Shown: positions 1-12,732 of the stretch, piece after piece
Position numbering within the stretch: position 1 is the first letter of the stretch
Layout of the letters: every line of letters begins with the position of its first letter
From: Patellaria atrata CBS 101060
Lineage: Eukaryota
Direction of reading: 5' to 3'
NCBI GenBank assembly: GCA_010093705.1
Contig: MU006089.1
Span: 686,904-750,903, forward strand
Length of the DNA: 64,000 nt
Program-made: the position numbers and the translations under genes
Notes under the pieces: model-generated
Databases searched by the model: none
What the model was told of the DNA's origin: nothing
Seen by the model: only the letters and a program-made list of their open reading frames with translations

Positions 1-1102
1 CGCACAGATTGCAGCCCCTCGACGTCTCCTTGTTCTCTCCTCTCGCCACGTATTACAGTCAAAATCTCGACGACTTTTTGAGCCGATCACAGGGCCTATC
101 GAATATTGCAAAACGGAACTTTTTAAAGCTATTCTAGCCCGCTTACCAGAAGGCTTTTACAGAGAAAAACATCCTCGGGAGCTTTAGAAAAACAGGTATC
201 TCTCCATATAATCCGAGTGAAGTGCTACAAGGATTAGCAAAGCCGGAGAGGCAACCAGTTAGTCAAATAGGCGGTAGACCAAGTTCAAGTGAATCAGCTA
301 AATCAGTGTTATCGGAGAAAGATTGGAAACGTATAGAGAAGAAACTAGAGACCGTTGTTTCTGATGTAATGCACCCTGTCGTCGAAGAACTGAAGGCGAA
401 GTTTCAATTCCTCTCTACCTCTAATACTATCCTCCAACAACAGAACTTCGGTTTAATTAAGGCTCTTGAGTGCGAGAAGACGCGACGTAAACGGCAGAAG
501 CCTCTTTTACAACGAGTAATTAGCATAGAAGATGGTGGCGCGGTGTTTTGGAGCCCTCAAAAAATTACCTAAGCGTGCAATTTCCTACGGCAAAAGGAGG
601 AGGATGAAGCTGCAGAAGAAGCCCGTCAACTAAATAATAAGTTTCAGCAACAGCTACGGAGAGAGGAGAAAGAAGAACAAGCTAAAGAGCGCAAGCTTCA
701 GCGACAAAAAGATAAGGAGGAAAGGGAGAGGGTAGCTGAGGCAAAAAACGCTCAGCAACAAATTACTGTAGAAGCCAAACAAGCTAAACAAAAAGCTCAA
801 AAATCACGTAGACCCCCTCAAAAACCGAAGTAGAAGAAGCAGATTGTTATACCACCAGCTATAGAACTCTTAGATAATATTATTGAGGTAGTAGAGGTAG
901 AAACGGTCAATCCCACGACTGGTCGGCCCCGACGGCAACCACAACTGCCACAGAGATTTCAGAGCCCTGATATGTAGATAGACGGAAAGTACAGCTTCTT
1001 ATTCAAAACATCATAAAATTTAGTATAGATATATCCAATATGAAGCGAGTTGCATCATTTTCAAAATCACTCTATCGGGTGCGATTTTTGGGGGGCGACT
1101 GT
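1..1102 (+). mobile_element. 3' part of a Fot1/pogo-like (Tc1/mariner, DDE_1) DNA transposon with an inactivated transposase
   Basis: The frame from nt 3 reads HRLQPLDVSLFSPLATYY...F*PAYQKAFTEKNILGSFRKTGISPYNP, which has the QPLD and GI-P-NP motifs of fungal DDE_1 transposases. It continues through GGAVFWSPQK and a coiled-coil tail to TTGRPRRQPQLPQRF, stopping at 975-977. In-frame stops occur at 135, 570 and 831. A candidate right TIR (~1075-1102) ends ...GGGGCGACTGT. Confidence 0.85.
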
Positions 1103-1481
1103 GCACGGTCTGAAACCGTGCACGACCTGAACAAGACCCTTACAGGAAGTTGCGCCATAGCTTAAAGGCTGCATGCGCAGTATTGTAGGTAATGCAATAC
1201 AATGTAGTCTATCATTCATACAGATAGGCCTTATATGAGATTGTGAGTCATTATACATCCTCGAGATCTGCAAAACCTAGTGGAGAAACAGTTTACCGTG
1301 AGCGTAAAATGAATGAGAAATGTTAAGCGAAGGAAAGGTAGGAGATATAACAGAAGATCATCAGAGGGTTTAAGGTATTTTAGGTACGAAAGAGATATAG
1401 GACAACTAAACCCAGCAGAACGACATACAGAACTTGAAAGTTCTAACCTCATAGTAAAAACACAACGAACGTACCGCAAGC

Positions 1482-2847
1482 TCATACCATCTCATCCGCA
1501 GTCCCCCCAACCCTATACCTCCTTTCTCTGTCATTCCCATCCTGCAACGCCTCCTGAAGCTCCTGAATTCGGTTCCCATCAACCACTCCCTGAGCCTCCC
1601 GTCCATTCGCTCCCACTCCAACACCAAGGCTAGTCGGGCCTTCCTTTTCCACGACCGTGCCGTCAGTCCCTCTACTCCCTTCCCTTCCAATCTCACTTTC
1701 CATTACTCCGGTAGCGGTCCCATGTGTCCTATTTCCACACTCACATCCCAGGATCTCTTTCTCCCTCTTGAGTTCCGTCAAGACAGCATCTTGGTCCGGG
1801 TACGCAGTCTCGTACTCGAGAATCTTAATGAACTTGTAGAACCCAGCTGCGAGGAGGGCACCGAGAATTGGACCGACCCAGTAGATCCAGTGGTAACCGT
1901 GGAAGTGGTTATTTACGACGGCGGGGCCGAAAGATCGTGCGGGATTGAGGGAGCCGCCGGTGAAGTAGACACCTGGGATTGTGAGTGGGAAAGGGTATGG
2001 GGAAAAGAGGAGAGGGGATGGGAAAGGGAAAAAAGGGACCAGGGAAAAGTCAGGAGAATTGGACTTACCTGTCATCTCTGCAACGAAGAGGGAGAGACCA
2101 ATACCAACAGGAGCAATAAAGGTACTTTTGTGCTATTGGGGGGGGAAAGACAATAAGTAAGTGATCTAATTACATATTGGGGCAGTATTGAAGTCACCTT
2201 CTCCGCGGCCAACATGAATATCGTAAAGACCAGTTGTGCGGTAAGGAAAATCTCTATGAATAGTCCCTGAACAATGCTGGTTCCAGCTCCAAGAATGGTC
2301 TGCACATCCAACGGTCCCGGAAACATACATGACACCAATGCTGCGGCAGTCATACCTCCTAGAATCTGTGTGATGAATAATAAGGTTCCCCGCGTCCAAG
2401 ATAGAGCGCCGATAAAGCACATCCCCAGGGTGACCGCGGGATTAAACAGACCACCGCTTATACGGAAAAACACCCATGCATTGACAGCGAGGGAGAAGCC
2501 GAATGATAGGGCTATGTATTGCAGCTGTTGTGGGTTGGCGCCGATTTCCTCAACAGTCAGACCGGCCGAGGAGCGTATAGTATTGGCAACCTGCGTCCCG
2601 GAGAGAGCAAAGTAGAGGAATAGTACGGTGCCGACGTATTCACCGGACATGGCGATTAAGTGAGTGCGGACTTCATCGGGTAGGTGGTGAGCGAAAGGAA
2701 ATCGAAGGTGCTGGGTTGTAGGACCTGACGAGCCAGCCGCAGTTTTGGCAAAAGGGAGCGAGAACGCTTATAAATTTGTCAGTTTATAGTGGTGCAAAGA
2801 AGTTGGTAATGATAGCATTTACCTTGAAGGGGCTGGTTGATGTTCAT
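1482..2847 (-). CDS. Aquaporin (MIP family, classical water-channel type), 4 exons
   Basis: Two NPA motifs ([22 protein letters not shown]), plus GEYVGT and [11 protein letters not shown] at 2847 joins in frame via intron 2767-2822; further introns lie at ~2134-2197 and ~1974-2068. Confidence 0.92.
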
Positions 2848-3992
2848 TTCGTGGTTCTAGATCTGAAAGAGGAACAGGAAAAGAAATCAACTGGCTGGCA
2901 AACAGGGAATGGATTTAGGTTGATCGTGATGAGAAGAGAAGGATTTATGAGAAGGATCATATGGATACGTCACCCTGATATATGATTACAGGGCAAGTGA
3001 TGACGGATTTGAACACGTCTGGATACTGTCAAATGAAGAAGTAGCTCAGACTCTTTCCATGGTACGATACCTTACCTTACACCGGCAAGTAGGACCGGCG
3101 TACGTCACTATCTTTAGCTTCGACTACTTCATACCTAAGGTACTTAAGAAGAGCGATGACGGGAAATGTCTGGCGTAATATTACAACACCGATAGAGATA
3201 CCGAGTATCACTCAATCCGATTGAACTGAGCCCATAAAACAAAGAACGGATAGGAGATGCATCGCTCTATGACGAAGTCTTCGAAAAGACGTCTCTGTGT
3301 CCATTAGTGCTAAGTGGAACTGTTCTTTCCTAAATTTTCCAACTCTTCCTGACTGTTTTTCAAAATTATGATATGAAGGTTTTTACAAAGTGAGCAGGTG
3401 AGGTTGATGGAAGGTTCCCAAAGTCCTGAGAGTCTAGTATCCTAGAGTTCTAGCGCAAGAGCTAAATGTCTGGATGGGGTAATGCACTTACTCAAATGGT
3501 AAGGTATACCTACAATGAATGCTCACAGGAGAACTGAAGGAAGGGTTAAGGGGATGTCCGGTAGTAACGGCATGCGAAGGGCAAATATATAGGGTAGTAC
3601 TAAGCCACGTTAATACGTAAAACTACAGTAGCTGCTTTGACACATGTTAAAGTTCTAGAATGTGTCAAGAATCAGCAGAGCATCATGAAAACTTATTACG
3701 GTTGAAGTTGAATTCATCACTCAACATATGTAAGGACCTAAGGTATTCAGAGCCAGTTCCTCCTCGCTCACTACTGTAGCTTACCGCAGAGAGAAAGCAT
3801 GGAAACTTATCTCTACTAAGAAGCTCGCTGAAATTTGATCCCTATCAACACTTGGTAGTACTCCAGCAAAATAGCATCTGTCTAGAATGCTCAAGATTAA
3901 CATGACTTCATGTCATCACCTAGCACGCCGTAGGCCATTAAATGCACCATTCCGTCTACGAACTCCGAAGAACATGCACACCATTATTCGCC

Positions 3993-5622
3993 TTAACCTT
4001 CTATGAACCCCACCAAGACAGAACCATTCTTCAAGCCGGCCTCTTCGATAGATGAGTCCAAGCTCTCAATCAAGTTCTTGTTGATGAAGACGAGCTCAAA
4101 CTCCTGTCCATCTTTACCCTCCAATGGGGTTGCTTTCAGCCATTCGTAAATCCTACGAACCGGGTCGTTGACCAAGAACCTCCTGACTTGTCGACCACCT
4201 GAGTACCTAAATTGAATACGAGTGGTATCTGGACTATTTGGTGGCTCCGTATGCGGATTCTCGGACGAAATTGTAGAGAACAAGGAAGGAGTGCCGTTAG
4301 AGGTAGAAGCTTCTTCAACTTCTGCCGGTCTATCGGTCTCAACGGCCCTCTCCTTACCTTTCCTAGATGATGTAGGCTTCTTAGTCAGATCGTCTGGATC
4401 ATCATCATGACGATCATCATTGTTTGTCAAACTGTTGCGAAGCGCCATCTCCATCATTTCTTCCTCACTCATACGAGCAACATCCTTGTTCTTTTTCTGC
4501 GGTTTCCTGTTCGCGACAGGATTTCGTGCGTCTGCTTTCAAGCTATACCGATCTAAGAATTCGTGTAATTGCATCAGAAAGTCCATCGGCTCCGGAACTG
4601 GCGGTCCTGACCAAAGTTTAACTTGTTCCCCTGTCCTCGGATCAACAATGGCAATGTGAGGATATGCAGCTTGGATATCCTTATTGTGGAAATAGTAGTT
4701 GATGTAGCTATCGCCACGTGGATCATCCTTAGAGTATTGCATGAATATGAAGTTCTCCTTGATGGTCTCCTTGATCTGGTCGTTCTTCCAAATGTCCCTA
4801 TTCAACCTTTGGCAGTCAAAGACTGATGAGTCCTGAATATCAACAAGCAACCACTTCTCCTCCTCTTTGCCTTGATCACGAGCATCATCCCAGGGCTTCA
4901 TTGACATAATCTCGAAAGGAGGTCGATACATTTCAGCTAGCATACCGGACTTTGCTGAAGCTCGCGAAGCTCCACCAGTTGCTTCAGCAAGCTCCCGTTG
5001 TCGAGTGTTAGGGTCTTGGTCGTTATCCCACACAGACTGGGTGGGACGTTGATTGAAAATACCCGGACGGTCTGCTGGAAGATACTATAATTAGCATAGT
5101 TCATTACGCCCAAAGCATTCTACACGCACCTCTTGGTCTCCTCTGGCGTGCCAAAAGCTGTTCCGTTATAGCTGCACGCATATCATCGGAATCACCACCC
5201 CAACTGGCGCCTGGACCGACAAGAGTCTCCGTCGTACGTTCTATAGGTGCTCGCACACCTTCATTCATACCACTACTACCACCTCCACCATACATTTCTT
5301 CTTGTAAACGACGAGCCATTGCCTCATCATCTTCTGTGCTGGCAGTTGGGTGGATTTGTCGTGGTAGGGCATATCCTGATTCCTCCGACATGTTGTCGTC
5401 TGAATCTTCCAGATTAATGGCATCTTCTGGCCTTGATCCACCCGTGCTAGTGGGAGGTTGAGCATTTGTATTTGTTGTGCCGAATGTTAAGTCTGGACTG
5501 TCATAGAAAAGTTGAATAGCTTGTTCAAGGTTGCCGTCGGTGAGTTGTAGATATTGAGCTGCTCGCTCAGAACTCGCATCGGTGAACGCAACGAACTGAG
5601 CAACGGTTTCGGAGTCAGCCAT
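3993..5622 (-). CDS. UBX5: UBX domain Cdc48/p97 adaptor (UBA-like, UAS, UIM and UBX domains; Ubx5/UBXN7-like), 2 exons
   Basis: N-terminal UBA-like segment (AAQYLQLTDGNLEQAIQLFY), DDEAMARRLQEEMY, UAS domain (FDCQRLNRDIW, YPHIAIVDPRTGE), UIM-like SEEEMMEMALRNSL, and C-terminal UBX (TTRIQFR...SIEEAGLKNG). One intron at ~5075-5129. Confidence 0.9.
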
Positions 5623-6505
5623 GTTGGCGGAAGAGCTCGAATATGAGCAGTGGATGTCGTGGGTAAAATCGCTATCGTGGTGGGGAAGACCTAAAATCGA
5701 CTTGAATGAAGAGATGTCGGAGGGAAGCTTGAAAGGAAGCTGCTAGTTTGCGAGTTTATTAGTTTGTTTGTATCCAGAGTACCTGTCCCTAGCAAACAGA
5801 AGACTGTGAATATGACCCTGTGTAGTAAATGTGTACGGTGGTGGTTGGGCTGAGTTTCAGCGGTGATGGAGGAGCAATCGTGGGGTCCTTTGTACAGTAC
5901 AGAGTCGGCAGGAAGGCTCAACCGCCACGAGGTCAACCGATACCCGGACCGCTATTACCTTAGTGACAAGAATGTGCAAAATGGGTAGCTCTTTAGTTCG
6001 TCTATGCTGCTATAAGGTACGAAAGATTGTTATGACTTGCCACGGTGAATGGCGCGTTGTAGTTTAATTCTCGTCAGAATTTCAAAGCCCAGGCCTCACT
6101 GTCGCACGTCACCTGGAAACCTTACCTCAGCACTCTACCACTACAACTTCATGGCTACTTATACTGGAACCGACATCGCCAAGGGTCCGTCGTAATATTG
6201 GATGCCTGTATCTTAGTACATCTCGCGCTTTTGAGCCTCAAGAAGCTTCTGCTAACTTATGCCCTACCTGCCGGGACCCGTGCGACAATACGACTACGAC
6301 ACACGGTAAGACAAAAAGGGTGCGGCGAAAGATACACATTGCGGAATAGCTTCTTCAGTCGCCACCTTATCCACGTACTTACTTTTCTGCCTGCGTATGA
6401 AGTTATAAACAAAATGAGCAGCACCGTTTGAGATCCGGCATCTCTGTCGATATTCCTCCCTAGAGCTTTTCGTACTATGAGGCGATCCTTGTTCCTGCTC
6501 TTATC

Positions 6506-9500
6506 ATGACTTCCTCCGCGACCCCAAGCTCTATGGAGGCAAAAGAACTTTCTCTGATAGGCAAAGTTGAATTACGCATAGCTTTAGCAGATTCGGATTC
6601 CAAGCTAGAAGGGCTCCTCAAAACATATCTTGCTCCTTTGCTTCTAAAGCTTACCTCAGAACACCAAAGTGTTAGAAATAAGGTAAATCAACCCTTTAGC
6701 GCTGTGGACGAAAGAGGTTTTTCCCAATCTTGCTTTCTTTAATTGATACTATATTCTCATGGACTCAACATTGTATTACAGGACGCTCGTCGGCCAAGTC
6801 TCTTCAGTTCTGACCAATCAGGTCGGCACCTGAAACTATGATTGGCGTTCCATTTACAATCAATGTGTACCCTTTTTAACTCTCTCGTACGGTCGTTATT
6901 CATTCTTAGTTGAGCGTCGCTGATGGCGCTATTTTCTTAGGTTATTTCTGTATGCCAGCATATCAATACAAGAATCAAACCCCAGTATGCTCCAAATAAA
7001 CCTCAAACTTATAATTTCTGTATTACTTACAATCCACAAGATCTATACAACTTCCCGTTGCCTCCCTTCTGAAACAATTCAAAGATAACCCTGATGTTGC
7101 TTTAATCCGACACTTCGACTTGCTCTATATTCAACAAGGCATTGTTCGACTCTCTGGGTCGGAAAGATTAGATCTTCTTCCTATTCTCATTCATGGACTA
7201 AGTTCTGATGTGGAGAGATCGCAAAATCATGGATCTCAGCTTTTCCATCTTCTTCTACGTCTTTTACATCATTTTATTCTACCACCTAAGGGGAGCAAAG
7301 AAGACGAAAGACTGCGAAAAACTTTGGATGTCTCGGATGAGGATGCCATCTTCCTCTCCAAATGGTTCGGGAAACTCATTTTGCTCAATATCTCGAAAAA
7401 CTCTACAGGACCACCACCTGGTCTCTCCGTAGATGATTATAAGTTCCTCACAGTACATGGTAACCCAGATGCTTGGAATCCATTAGCAAGTTCTGGCCTG
7501 AACCTCACAGAAACAAAAGTCCTTGTTATCCGGTTTCTTGCTAGTGGTCTATTTAAAGATGACGAACGATTTTTACCAGCTATCTTTGCTTCAGCTGATG
7601 CTAACTCTAGGCTATACGAGGTTGCTGAGGACGTCTTGAAACGAGTAGTTCCTGTAATAAATCTTGAAAATCAAGCGCTTATGATAGAACTATACAATAT
7701 CTATTTTGGAGAGTAAGTCCAATTCTTATCTATCTCATTACAATTCAGTTAGCGAGGAATCAAAGCACACGACTCTCATAAGGGCCTTGAGGTCCACCAC
7801 TAGCCATCCTGAACGGCATTATATGTCACATTCTTGGTGTAACACAAATAAAGCTGATACTTCCCGTAGAACTGGACCAGCGGGTAGTGTACCCGCACGG
7901 ACCGGACTTCGAACAAAAATCCTCACATATTTATCAAAATCAGTTGCGAGCACAACCGAACCAGCTAGAATAATACGCGTGGTTGAAGAAGGTCTCCTCG
8001 CAACTGACACTGGGCCTAGACGGGCAGAAACTAGTGGTTCCAACCGCGGCAGAGAGATTTTTAAACATCGACAAGCGGTCTTTGCCTATGTCAATTTCGT
8101 TGCTAGACGTAGTGACCCGACTGTCCTACGTCAGGTTGTTTCGCCACTTCTGGATCAGTTGAAGTCTTTTATCCTCGACCAGGGTTGGCCTCAACCTGAT
8201 CAGAACGAGGATTTCGGATTGAGAGGCTACGTCTATGAGGTTATAGGCCTTTTAGCTAAAGCGGATCCACAATCTATTTTGGCTGATTCTGAACTTACAC
8301 TTCTCCGATGGCTTTTTTGCTCTCTGCAGCAAGACACCTCTGGAAAAGATACTGCTGTTAGCATCGAGGAAGCACTTTCCACGATGCTAGTATGTTATTC
8401 GTCGGACCTTGACGAGACTCTAAAATCTAATCTTCGCGCATTGCTCCTTAAGTTCACAACGGTGGACACCTCCCCGGCCTCTGGTAACTCCGCCCAACTT
8501 ACGCTGCGAAGCACTCGCTATGTAGCTGTGCGCTATGCAAACAAATGCCTTCCTTACACGGATATAGCTGCTCGTTGGATAAATATCCTTGCTGTTGGGG
8601 CGGAAAGCTCTAAAAATAGAGAAGTCATCGAAGAGGGTAAACGAGGCCTAAATCCGCATTGGAACAGGTTACTACATACCGTCGACTTTGCTGATAGAGA
8701 AAGTACTAAGTCAGTAGAACTCCCGGATTTTGCTGAAATAGTGTCATACATATTTTTCCAACAGGGAGAATCTGATATGGACCTGGATAATCTTTCCCCA
8801 GAACAACAGGTCAAGCGATTCTTGGAGCGATACCCCCGAGCGTTTCTGCCAACCCTTGGCTATTGTCGACAAATATTCTACGCACAAGCATTACAGGCTG
8901 AGAATATTTCCGTTGACCTTTCTGCGGACTGGTCAAGCAAGCTCGATGCTGCTATTTCCGCAGATCAGGAAGCTCGAAGTGCGATCCGCCGCTACATACG
9001 GAACTTAATGTCAGAAGCAAGTCCAGCTCAGAGTTCTCTTATTATTCTGCTACAAGCATGCTTTTTATCCTTGACGGATGATCATCTAAACGAGAAGAAT
9101 AATAACATGGAGTTATACTTGATTGAGCTCTGCTCTCTGAGTCCTGATTATCTAGTTAGCCATATCTGTTCTTCACTCAGATCCTTGGAGTTAGCTATCC
9201 TTTCAAATAATCACCGACGTCGCACATTCGGCGCACATGCGTTCGGAATACTTGCGTCCCATCCGGATGTAGATACATCCACCGTGCAGGAATTGGTGAC
9301 TTCTATGCTAGACAAGATTACCTCATGGCGAGAAGCTGTTGGATCTGGTCTCAATTCCATCCACGGCATGTTACTAGCCATAGCATACTTGCTTAGCAGA
9401 CTGTCATTGCGCAACAGACCCAAAGATAAATTCTCTGAGATACTGCCTAAATATTGCTTCCCTCTATTCGATGTCATCGAAGGTGCATCCGACAATACTC

Positions 9501-12500
9501 TACAAGAAGCGGCGATTTTGTCAATCAACCAATTGAGTCTCTCATTTGTATTACAACCTACACTGATCTCACAGCACATATCATTCAAAACTCTGGTTGA
9601 CAAGATATCGATCGTTGCCAAAAAGGGAAACGAGAAAGCAATCATCGCTCTCGGTCATTTAGCCATGATTACTAGAGACGAAAAGCTTGAAGGTACTGAG
9701 AGCACAAGCAGAGCCTACATTAGAGAAGAAATATACAAACTTCACGAGATACGCCAGCCCGAGACCCAATTTGCTGTTGGTAATGCTCTAAGTTGTCTTG
9801 CTTGTGGTTGGGACTCATCTGCTCTAGCATCAGAGCTTGATGTTGACGCTCCTAAACTAACCGAGATGGATGTTGAATCAACACTGGATGAGATTCTGCA
9901 AAGAACGCTAAAAGACTGCAAGGCTTCAAAACCTTCATTGCGGAAAGCGTCGGTTATATGGTTGTTGAATCTTCTAGAATATTGTGGACAAACTTCTGAA
10001 ATGAAAGGCAACTTACCGAAATGTCAAGCAGCATTTAAGTCTTGTTTAGGTGACCGCGATGAGCTTGTCCAGGAAGCTGCATCAAGAGGTTTAGGTCTGG
10101 TGTACGAGCGAGGTGATCGCGATCTACGGGATGACCTTGTACGAGATCTCGTCTCAACGTTCTCCTCTGATAACAAATCACAGCTTGCCGGGAATGTTAC
10201 AGCTGATACCGAACTCTTCGAAGCCGGTGCTTTGCCAACTGGTGAAGGATCGGTCACTACCTACAAAGACATCCTAAGTCTAGCTTCTGAAGTTGGGGAC
10301 TCAAGTCTCGTCTACAAGTTCATGTCGTTAGCATCGAACAATGCTATTTGGTCTAGTCGCGCCGCTTTTGGAAGATTCGGGCTCAGTAACATATTGTCTG
10401 ATTCAAGTGTAAACGGATATCTTGCCGAAAATCCGAAACTATATCCGAAACTGTATCGGTATAAATTCGATCCAAATCCCAATGTTCAACGTTCGATGAA
10501 TATTATTTGGAATGCTTTGGTCAAAGACTCTAACAAGACCATCGATAAGTACTTTGAACCCATCCTCAAAGATTTACTGTCAAGCATTCTTGGTAAAGAG
10601 TGGCGAGTCAGACAAGCATCATGTGCAGCTATCGCAGATTTGGTCCAGGGTAGACCTTTAGAGAGATACGAAAGCTATCTTGAACAAATCTGGACGGTTT
10701 GCTTTAAGGTTCTAGATGATATCAAATTGTCTGTTCGTGCAGCCGCAGCATCTCTCGCACGGACACTCACTGGTATTCTAACACGAAGTCTTGAAGCTAC
10801 AGACTCTTCTTCAAAGAGCGCCGATGTCATGCTAAAGAATGTATTACCGTTCTTACTCTCTACTTCTGGTCTTGAGTCGAATGTGGAAGGGGTACAAGCA
10901 TTTGCTCTTACCACTCTACTTTCAATCATCAAAAAGAGTAGCGCGAAGACCCTGAGGCCGTTCATACCGGAGCTGGTAGAGAAGCTTCTCGGACTATTTA
11001 GTTCCCTTGAGCCTCAAGCAGTCAATTACATCCATCTCAATGCGTCGAAGTATAACCTAACGGAGCACAAGATCGACGAGATGCGTCTCTCCAGTATCCG
11101 CGGAAGCCCTTTGATGGAGTCCGTCGAGCGATGTCTTGATCTCCTAGACGACGAAACAATGCAGGCTCTCGTCCCTAGATTAGAGAATGCCATGAAGACC
11201 GCAGTAGGCCTTCCATCGAAAGTAGCATGTGGCCGTGTGTTAGTCACAATGAGCACCAGACACAACCTGATATTCCGTCCACACGGCGACCACTTTCTCA
11301 AGCTTCTTGAAAAGCGTGTTCTAGATCGCAACGATACGGTTTCCAGCTCCTATGCAGCGTCTCTCGGATATGTCGCACGAGTGTGTTCAGACGAGCAAAT
11401 TCTTCAACAAATCCAATACTGTCAAAAACTCTACTTCGACTCCGAAGACGATCGACACCGCGTTATTGCAGGCACAATCATTCACGCATTCTCCAAATAT
11501 GCAACCGATAGATTTGATTCCCTCTCATCAGACCTCCTACCATTCGTCTTTCTTGCTAAACATGACAGCAACGACAGCGTCAAGGAGATCTTCACGGATA
11601 CCTGGAATGAGAATGTAGCTGGTCCGCGAGCAGTCTCGCTTTACCTCAAAGAAATAGTAAACCTAGCCAAAGACCATCTCGACAGCCCTAAATGGGCACT
11701 CAAGCATGCCTCAGCTCGAACCCTCGCCGGCCTGATCGTCTCCATAACAACGCCTAACGAAGATATAAGCATACCGAACGCGGAGACGATTTGGCCCGTG
11801 CTGGATAAAGCCATTGCGGGTAAGACGTGGGAGGGGAAGGAAGTCGTGCTTGCGGCTTTCGTGAGGTTTGTCGGGAAGACAAGGGTGTATTGGGTAAAAG
11901 AGAAAGATGTTGGAAATCAAATCATTAAGGTAAAGTTAAGACGTTTCATCCCTCTTTACTCATCCATGATGCTAATGACGCAAAGATCATCATCCGCGAA
12001 GCTAAACGCCAAAACGCTACTTATCGCCAACACGCCATCCGCGCTCTCGGTCAAGTCGCCCTCGCTAGAACGGACATCGATATGAGCACCACCGTCTACG
12101 ACATCGCTGCTCCAATTGTGGAGGAACTTACCAAAGTAGATGAGGACGGGATGGATATCGATGCTAAAGACGACGATCCGATGAAGGATGAGAAAGTCAG
12201 GAACAAGACCCTCGCGGGTGCTATTGCATCTATTCTCGATTCCGTGAATCCGGTGTTGGTTAAGGGAGCCGATCCTGTCAGCCAGACCAGCAGGGCACTG
12301 GAAGTAGCCGCTAAAGCAATCACCTCATCGTTCAGTGTAATCCAAGAATCCACCTTCGAGGGACTGAAAGAATTCTTCGAGCGACTTGAACACGCTGATT
12401 CAAACCCCGAAACTCCTGACGATATGAGCATCAATGTCAGCAAATTACTATTCGGCTGGAGCAACGACGCCATGGCCGAGGCCCTCCGGATCAAGAAAGC

Positions 12501-12639
12501 GAAAGCGATATTAGCGTTCGCGAAGATACCATGGAAGGGGATCGTGAAGACGGTACTAGACGAGCACTTGCGCAACGAAATCGAAGGAGAGAAAAGCACG
12601 GTCGTGAGGAAGGAGTTGGAAAGCGTGAAATACGGCTAA
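6506..12639 (+). CDS. ECM29: Proteasome adaptor/scaffold Ecm29 (HEAT repeats), 5 exons
   Basis: The N-terminus KELSLIGKVELRIALAD...YLAPLLLKL and the motifs LVYKFMSLASNNAIWSSRAAFGRFG, YPKLYRYKFDPN and KEWRVRQASCAA match Ecm29. Introns at 6683-6940, ~6985-7040, 7713-7869 and 11930-11985 join the ORF fragments in frame. Confidence 0.93.
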
Positions 12640-12732
12640 CTGCTTCCTCCATTTCATTTGTTCATTCCATTAGAACTAGAATAGGATATTAGATGCATCA
12701 ACCAAGACCCCCACATCCGTGACAAACTCCCA

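Noticed and set aside
2990..3060. C-box GTGATGA in the aquaporin upstream region
   Set aside because: There is no properly placed CTGA D box or terminal stem.
7706..7869. N-terminal 55 aa of the 1459-aa ORF as a separate protein start
   Set aside because: It is read-through of ECM29 intron 3 (GTAAGT...GCTGAT...TAG).
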